Shown here: positions 55,095-64,000 of the stretch, piece by piece
Numbering within the stretch: position 1 is the stretch's first letter
Layout of the letters: every line of letters begins with the position of its first letter
Origin: Octopus sinensis
Lineage: Eukaryota
Assembly: GCF_006345805.1 (NCBI RefSeq)
Contig: NC_043011.1
Coordinates: forward strand, 64,492,464-64,556,463
Length of the DNA: 64,000 bases
Direction of reading: 5' to 3'
Notes under the pieces: generated by a model
What the model was told of the DNA's origin: nothing
The model's input: the letters and a program-made list of their open reading frames with translations, nothing else
Database searches by the model: none
Position numbers and translations under genes: made by a program

Positions 55095-58000
55095 GGGGGG
55101 GCTGGACCACGCACCACCTGCCCCAAAACGGAGGTACCCAGATATAATGCGTGCTACAAACCACCAGCATATTATTGAAAGGGCAGCTGCTGTACAAGAA
55201 TCTTTCTTGTGCATGGCTCAAAAGATTGAACAGCAGCTATCCTGGCTCCATAAAACTCAAACTCACAGATGGGACTATCCACAATAGACAAGACCGCCAC
55301 AGCAAATAGACCCAAGCTGGACACCACTGGCAAAAGCACACACATCTCCTCGATGCTCCTACTGAACATCAGAGGACTGCTAACACACAGTAACAGGACA
55401 AAAATCCCGTTCTTGAGAGACCCTGTTCCATGCAATCAAGCCTTATGCATAGTACCTTCGGAAACACACCTGAAACCGGACATAGTAGATGCAGAAATAC
55501 ACATACCGCAGTATGTTGTACTACGGACATACAGAAAAGAAAGGAGTTATTGAGGAGTAGCCATGTACATCCGCTAGGACCTCACACCTCAGGTCTTTTG
55601 TCATGCTCAAATTCGGTGTAAGACACACTAATTGTACATATAAGGCAAATTGGTGTAGTTATATGTGCTACATATCGCCCTCCAGCTGCCCCAAGCCATG
55701 TGGGCAAGTTTGAAGATTGCCTTATAAACATATAATTTCTAGTCACATTAGAACAACACAAAACTTTACTTCTTATGGGAGACCTCAATCTGCCCAATGT
55801 CAAATGGCCCGAGGGCCTTTTTCTCACAGGAATGACACGATGTGAATGAGGACAGGCGAGGTCCCTCCTGAAACTTATCAACACTCCGTACATGGAGCAA
55901 GTACTACTCCAACCAACCAGGGCAGGTAACATACTGGATCTCTGCTTCACAAATAATATGGATCTCATCCATAATGTGAAAGTGACACAGACACTACTCT
56001 CGGAACACAGCATGTTAGAGCTGACCAACTACGGGCCAAAGGAAAGCGTGGACATGCAGCCTACAAGAAAACCACAGAAACTTTCCAGCTTGAACTTCCA
56101 TAAGGCAAACTGGAAACAAATTGAGGAAGAGATCCTCAAACAAAACTGGCCTGAATGTCTATCCTTGATGGACATCGACATGAAACTTCAACAATTCATG
56201 TCTGTAATGCAAGCCATATGCTTCAAATGTGTCCCAGAGAGAAAGGCCACTGTACATAAGAGCAAAATTGCCAGAGAAAGGAAAATTCTAATGAGACGGC
56301 GTACAAAATTTCAAATCGCCTAAACAAAAAATTGAAAGCAGTGAAAAGTCCCACCTGAATATAAAACTGTTGGAAATTGAACCCATGAAAAAGAAAGAGC
56401 AGACAAAGAAGCCTGGGCTTTAGGCAACATAAAATCTAACCCCAGAGCTTTCTACAGGTATGCCAAAGAAACAGCTACGGTGCACTGTAGGATAGGGCCA
56501 CTCCTTGAAAATGATGGCACGCTCACAGGAAACCCAAAGAGGATAAGTGAAATACTAAATGAGCAATTCACGAGTATTTTCACTCCAGCCCTAGGGCATA
56601 TTCATGTCAGCAATCCAACTGACTTCTTTACCACTGCAGATATAAAACCAGGGGCTGCGATGTAATAAAAACGATGTAATAAAGGCTATAGTTAAATTGA
56701 AAACAAACTCAGCTACTGGCCCCGATGGATTCCCAGCAAACCTCTTAAAAGTATGTAAGAGAGTCCTAACAAGACCACTGCAGTTCCTCTTTCAGAGCTT
56801 CCTTGCAACTGGCAAATTTCCAAGAAAACTGAAGGTAAAATATGCCCTATTCAGAAAGGAGGTAGCTGAGCGGAGGCCAATAACTACAGACCTGTCTCTC
56901 TCACCTCACACACCAGCAAGATCATGGAACGAATGGTCAGAAGAAAACTATTTACTTTCCTTAAAGAAAATGACTTGCTTCCTGACACCCAACATCGATT
57001 CTGACGAGGAAGAAGCTGCCTAACTCAGCTCCAACAACACTATGACTGGGTGCTGAAACGACTGCTCAACCACTCAAATGTGGAAGTGATATATCCCGAC
57101 TTTGCAAAGGTCTTTTATAAAGTCGATCGTGGAATGATATGTCAGACACTGCGTGATCTTGGCATCGTAGGAAAATTGGGAGAATGCCTTCATGACTTTC
57201 TGAAGGATAGAATCCAAGATATAATAGCCAATGGGGTCACTTCCATTAACCCGCAAATAGTGGGCGGTGGTCCGCAAGGCACTGTTTTGGGACCACTGCT
57301 GTTCATAATGGCCCTTTCTGACATGAACTCAGCCACACAGAAGTCCACGATCACACGTTATGCAGATGATACAAACGTTTCACAGGCAATACTGAACACT
57401 GAAGACACTAAGCACCTACAATGTGACCTGGACAAAATATACAAGTGGGCTGAAACGAATAGCATGCAGTTCAATGCTGAACAGTTTCAAGCTTAATGCT
57501 ATCAGCATGCAATACTAAAAGCAATACCCAATAAATTCACTGGGCCTGGTGGAATTGCAATCCCAGAGTCAAAATCAGTGCGAGACCTGGGTATTTACGT
57601 GAGTGATGATGCAACCTTTCATGTGCATGATGCTAATTTGGCAATGAAATGTAGGCGGCTGACCGGATGGATTCTTAGTTTCTTTAGAAAAAGAGACCAG
57701 GAAACCATGATGGTCAATTGGAGGACACTTGTCCTAAGCCACTTTGACTATTGCTCTCAGCTATGGTCACCAGCCAGTGTCAAGTAATTCACAGAACTTG
57801 AGGCGATCCAACGAAATTACACGAAGATGATAGCCTCCGTGCAGCATAAGAGCTACTGGGAAAGACTCAAGAGATTAAGACTCTATTCATTAGAGCGTAG
57901 GCGAGAGAGATATGCCATAATATACATCTGGAAGATCCTAGAAGGACTTGTCCCAAACTTTGGCATCGAGAGTTACACAAATGCTACAACTGGGTGCCAC

Positions 58001-58345
58001 TGCATAGTGCCAAGGACTCCAAATTTGCTATCAAGATGTAGGACAGATGCTGAGATAGCCTGGGCTTCAGCGGCCCACAGCTCTTTAATATCCTCCCGAA
58101 GAACCTGAGAGAACTGCATGTGGTGGATGCAGATGTCTTTAAAATGAAAGTGGATCTCTTCCTGTCAGGTGTCCCAGATGAACCAACTTCACGGCAGGAG
58201 GTGCAGATGAGGGCAGCTGCATAGAATGCCCGCATTCACCAAATGGCATTTGATAAAAAGCATTCGTGAAGTAAAATCGTGTAGCATCATCAAATGGCGG
58301 TTCAGCAGCATGGACACAGCTCCTGAGCTGAAACAAGATGAGGTA
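55095..58345 (+). mobile_element. CR1-like LINE, disrupted, in intron 1 of gene copy 2
   Basis: Same APE and RT motifs as 13345-16600 (GGPQGTVLGPLLF, YADDT, YSLERRRERY). Shares flanks and some disablements. Confidence 0.9.
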
Positions 58346-58397
58346 AAAAAAAAAGTCAATATATATTTATATTTATGTATATATATATATATATATA

Positions 58398-58442
<45 letters not shown>

Positions 58443-58480
58443 GTATATATATATATATATGTGTGTGTGTATGTGTATAA

Positions 58481-58530
<50 letters not shown>

Positions 58531-58816
58531 ATGTGTATAAGAATATATATATACATTGTAACAAGGAGGATATTGAAACATCATATATATATATTAATCC
58601 AAGATACAGTGGTTCAATATATCATATATTCTAGAGATATTTCTGCAATGAATATATAACGAAAAATATCGGAAACGGTCAAGCAGTATTATCTACTCAA
58701 ACAGAGTATTGTTATGTATAATAATCGATATCTAACTAAGGAACATGCTGATTAATTGATAATGTAATTCCTTACAATTGGATATCTCTGTTTTGTATCT
58801 CGATCATATTACTGAT

Positions 58817-58907
<91 letters not shown>

Positions 58908-58917
58908 TTAATAATAA

Positions 58918-60097
58918 TTAGATTCTTCAGGAACAACAACATGTTCAAAAATAATCCCCAAAATTTTTACAGGAAGATAGGAAAAACAACAGTTACTGTA
59001 AAGTCTGTACCATCAAAAGAAGAAGTGCAGGGATTTTGGAATAAAATTTGGGCAGAAGAAAAAACACACAGCGAAAAGGCCTCCTGGATTGATAGAATAT
59101 CTAAAGAACTGGACTCCTTAAAAGAACAAATGTGGGAGGATGTCAAGGTAGAAGATATAAGATCTGCTCTCAGGAGGTCAATCAAATGGAAGTCTCCAGG
59201 AAAGGATAAAATCCATAACGTTTGGTTGAATGCCTTCCCAGAGAGCCATGAATTGCTAACATAACTTTACAATGATGTTTTGCAACACCCTAGTAGGATT
59301 CCTCCTTGGCTAGTTAATGGGTTAACATTCCTCCTTCTAAAAAGTGAAGAAACAAATGAACCAAAAAACTATAGACCCATAACCTGCTTAACAACTATGT
59401 ATAAAACACTAACATCTGTCCTGACGGAATATACCTATAGTTTTTTGACACACAGCAGCATATTCCCTAATGAAGAGAAAGGATGTAAACGTGGATCCTA
59501 CGGTTGTAAAGATCAACTACTCATCAATAAGATGATCTTAGAAGATTGTCACAAACGACACAAAAACTTATCAATAGCCTGGATAGACTATAAAAAGGCT
59601 TTTGATAGCCTACCACATAGCTGGATTAAGAAATGCCTAGAAATGTATAAGATAGCACCTACTCTGCGAAACTTTTTGTCTGTAAGTATGAGATCATGGA
59701 GAACCACACTAAATTTCAACAGTGACAATGAATCTCTATATGCTGGTGATGTAAAAATTTCATATGGCATTTTCCAGGGTGACTCACTATCACCACTCCT
59801 CTTCTGTTAAGCCTTTATACCTCTCTAAAAACTGCTCAATGATGCGCAGTACGGGTATAAAAGGTTTGATAAAAATATAAATCATCTCATTTACATGGAT
59901 GATTTAAAGCTCTTTGCAAAAAGTGACCAACAACTCAAGGGCTTACTAGCGATTGTCAAACAATTCCGTGATGACATCAGAATGCAATTTGGCCTCGATA
60001 AGTGTGCAAAAGCTACCTTTATCAATTGAAAAATGACAAAAACATCTAACGTTAACCTTGACCAGCAGAATGTCATAAAAGAATTAGACTCAGCAGA
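58918..60097 (+). mobile_element. R4/Dong-like family A RT fragment, fused to a family D 3' end
   Basis: KSPGKDKIHN, NYRPITCL, IAWIDYKKAFDSLPH, GIFQGDSLSPLLF, YMDDLKLFA. Confidence 0.88.
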
Positions 60098-60607
60098 TTT
60101 TCCAGTCAACACAGACAGAACGATCAAGGCTAAACGAACATACATAATTGTTAAAGACAGGGAAGAAAATGCCTGCAGACTAATAGAGGTAAGCGTCCCC
60201 ACTGATAAAAATGTATCTCTAAAGGAATTTGATAAACTTAGTAAATATAAGGACCTGGAAATCGAAATACAAAAGATGTGGAATCTTAAAACAAAAACTG
60301 TTCCTGTTATTGTAGGTGCCCTAGGTATGATAAAAAAGGGATGTCAGAAAGACATAGACAATGTCCTTGGAGAACCATGTCTCAAGGTAATCCAAAGGAT
60401 GGTGCTAACAAGTACTGCCAACATCCTTAGAAAAACACTATCAATGTAAATGTTTGTGTTTGTATTACATGGAGATATTTCTCTACTTCCCCTCACCAAG
60501 CTTTCAGCTATATTTCAACAACTCTTAACCTTCACTTGCCCTAGGGCGCTGGGTGTGCCCCGGCAAGTGATTGCATCAAACATGCAGATTAAAAGTAAAT
60601 GACAATG
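60096..60607 (+). mobile_element. R4/Dong-like element, family D 3' end
   Basis: DFPVNTDRTIKAKRT..ILRKTLSM. Matches 44735-45247. Confidence 0.88.
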
Positions 60608-60631
60608 ATAATAATAATAATAATAATAACA

Positions 60632-60719
<88 letters not shown>

Positions 60720-60721
<2 letters not shown>

Positions 60722-61400
60722 CTCTGGATGTAACGTCTTACCACCAGTGGAGTATAAATTAAGAAATGACAGAGTTGGCCAATATCTCCACTGGCTAATA
60801 AGTCGGCATTACAATATCAAAACTGCCGACAAGTGGTATAATCACCACCCTGAGGTTGTAACTGAAGGAGAAAATGTAACCATTCGGTGGGGCTTTCCAG
60901 TACATACAGACCGAACCATCAAGGCCAATATACCAGATATTGTTGTGAAAGACCAAAACAATAAAGTTTGCTTATTGATCGACATGAGCATCCCCTGTGA
61001 TCATAATATCTCAGGGAAAGAGTTTGACAAGCTCAGAAAATATAAAGACCTACTCATTGAAATTGAGAATATGTAGCATCTCAAGGCGGTTACAATACCA
61101 GTGATCGTAGGAGCACTAGGAATGATCAAGAAGGGAACCGAAAATTATATGAGAATGATCCCTGGCTTACCATCCCTGCAAGAAGTGCAAAAGATTGTCT
61201 TAACTTGTACATCACACGTATTGAGAAGAGCATTGTCGATGTGAGAACTGTTGCTGCTCATGTATTTTAATTTAACTTTAAAAAAATGAACGAACTACTG
61301 AGTTTGGTTTAATGGCCTACCAATGTATACTATGAGTTTCTTTGCCCTAGGAGTCGGGAAGACACTCGGCAAGAAATGGAAGCAAATTTGAAAGAAAAAA
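60720..61400 (+). mobile_element. R4/Dong-like element, family B 3' fragment
   Basis: RNDRVGQYLHW..PDIVVKD..; flanked by (AAT)n. Confidence 0.88.
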
Positions 61401-61451
61401 GTAATAATAATAATAATAATAATAATAATTATAAAAATAATAATAATAGTA

Positions 61452-63392
61452 TAAACTGCTAAGAGAACATTACAATGATGTTTTGCAACACCCTAGTAGG
61501 ATGGCTCCTTGGCTAGTTGATGGATTAACATTCCTTCTTTCAAAAGTGAAGAAACATATGAACCAATAATCTATAGACCCATAACCTGTTTAACAACTAT
61601 ATATACGGGTATAAAATGTTTGATATAAATATAAATCATCTCATTTACATGGATGATTTAAAGCTCTTTGCAAAAGTTGACCAACAACTGAAGGGCTTAC
61701 TAACGATTGTTAACCAATTCGGCGATAACATCAAAATGCAATATGGCCTCGATTATTGTTCAAAAGCTACTTTTATCACAGGAAAAATGACAGAAAACTC
61801 TAACGTAAATCTTGACCGGCAGAATGTCATACAAGAATTAGACTCAGCAGAGAGCTACAAGTACCTGGGTGTAATTGAATTTGACGGAATAAGGCATATA
61901 GTGATGAAGGAATGGATCAGTAGAGGGTGTTATTACAGCGTTAGAGAAATACTCAAGACAGAGCTGAATGCGAGAAACAGGATCGAAGCGATCAATGCTT
62001 TAGCCACACACATCGTGACTGACAGTTTCAATAACGTTAACTGGTCAATTACCGAAATATCTAATCTTCACAGAAATATACGAAGACTATTGACAGTGCA
62101 TAGAATGTACCACCCTAAGGCAGATACAGAACGACTTTATCTGCCATTAAAAAGAGAGGCCGTGGACTTTTACAACAAGATATAACAATGAAGATTGCTT
62201 CAATTGGCCTAGACACCTACCTGAAAATCTGTGAGGACTGGATTTAAAAACTTGTCTCAAAACATGAAAACAAGAACGGATCACTTTCAGTAATAAAACA
62301 GGCAAAGGAATATCTAAGTGAATTCCGAATACGACAAATTTCAGAATTAGACATACAAGAAACAAGCACAGAAAAAGCAAAGCGGATGAAAACACGTGCT
62401 AAAACTGCGGCCTTAGATATTCTGAATAATATATGGCAAGAAAACCCTCTCTATGGCAAATACTCAAAGAGAGCCTATAATGCAGATGTTGACAAAGCCC
62501 TGACCCACCAATGGCTAATGGCCTCTAACTTAAAATCTTAAACAGAAGGGTTATTATAACAGCTAAAGATCAAAGTCTACCAACAAGAAACTACCAGGCC
62601 AACATATTAAAGAACGGCAGTAGTCCAACATGTCGTGTATGTCAACAACGGAATGAAACCATTTATCTTGTTGCATCCAAATCCAGTCTTCTAGCGCCTA
62701 CAGAGTACCTCAATAGCCATGATAGAGCTGCACAAAATAATCACTGGGTAATTTGCAAGAAACTGGATTTGCCACATGAAAAGAACTGGTAGGAACACAA
62801 AACACCCAAGCGCTTGAAAATGACCACATCTCACTCTTCTGGAACTTCACCTTTCAAACTGATAGAAAGATAGATTCAAATAGGCCAGACATCATATTGA
62901 AATACTTCAGACAAAGAACAAGCCACCTCATTGATATTACTGTCCCAATCGATATAACCGTATCTGTCAAGACCTACCAAAACTGAGCAAATATAAAGAA
63001 CTTGATATAGAAATCAGCAAAATGTGGAACCTGAAGACTAGAACAACACCTGTTGTCATAGGTGCCCTGGGAATGATAGCAAAAGGGGCTGATTGCTACC
63101 TAACACAGATACCAGGAAACCCCAAAATGGCAGAAATTCAAAAGATAGTGCTCATGGGAAGTGCTCATATCCTACGCAAAATACTTTCTATGTAATCTCA
63201 AGGTTGAAAACAAACATAATTCTCGGTTTTTTTTTGACATTCACTAGCAAAACACAAAAAAAAATAAAACAAATATATGCCACATTAGGCATAACAACAT
63301 CATGAACTTCCAAGATGTTGTCTCTTGAGTTTTCTGGGTGAGACTTGGAACCACTTGAACAAATATAAAGCAAAAGTCAAACGTAGAATGAA
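61452..63392 (+). mobile_element. R4/Dong-like element, family A (paralog of 17420-19795, with an internal deletion of about 0.4 kb near 61605)
   Basis: Same 5' truncation as 17420. HLIYMDDLKLFA, YKYLG, MYHPKAD. Confidence 0.88.
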
Positions 63393-63508
63393 AAATAAAT
63401 TATAATAATAATAATAACGACAATAATAATAAAAAAATAATAATTATAATATTAATAAAAAAAAATAATAATAATAATGATAATAATAATGATGATAATC
63501 ATAAGGAA

Positions 63509-63563
<55 letters not shown>

Positions 63564-64000
63564 TTATGCAAATATAAGAGAGTGTCTACTAAATAGATCC
63601 GCAATGGTCTCAACCACCAAGAATTGTTCCCATGGAGATTTAGCACAACTATGAACGTTAACGAGCAGGAAAAATAAAAATAACAAAAATGTAGATTCAT
63701 TCTAGACATTTCTCTCGCTGTTAATGGATTATGCACTGTTACTTACATAATAGTACTGCAGCTCTTCAGTAGAATTTGTCGTGAATACAATTTACTGAAC
63801 CGCACGCCAGGTTTTGACATAAAGAGAAACACTGACGTGTATCAGTCTATTATATTATGATACGAATGCCCTCGTTATAGAGCGCAAAAAATACCCGGAA
63901 ACAAATACTGCATAAATAATTTACTTCAGTATAATTAAAATGAAAAATAAGAATGAAAAAATTGTATATTAATTTAATAATAACATCAATTTAACACCAA

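Overview
AT-rich, microsatellite-dense eukaryotic DNA. The repeat landscape looks like a coleoid cephalopod (Octopus-like); this is an inference, not a database match. Most of the window is decayed transposable elements: 17 co-oriented 3' fragments of at least five R4/Dong-like (REL-endonuclease) non-LTR families stacked in (TAA)n tracts, plus CR1-like and RTE LINE relics, Penelope-like relics with hammerhead ribozyme motifs, Tigger and Tc1/mariner fragments, and SINEs. Hidden among them, and absent from the ORF track, is a four-exon gene (12762-39361, + strand). All three introns are GT-AG with matching phases (1, 2, 1), and the exons splice into a 111-aa secreted protein with a signal peptide and six cysteines in the predicted mature part: MKYVLLLLLLILLQAITTCRDSMKQYPLSNPDPHYCDRLKGFKGCYMKRVSSCASKNEISQNKFWNLLRVKDPLACYQGEDSQCVSVIRKIAYKGFCGPHWDENNNLQKYD. 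About 0.6-20.95 kb is repeated at about 41.2-64 kb as an old tandem segmental duplication, and the second unit carries exon 1 of a paralog (54528-54570). TE boundaries are approximate and were read by eye.
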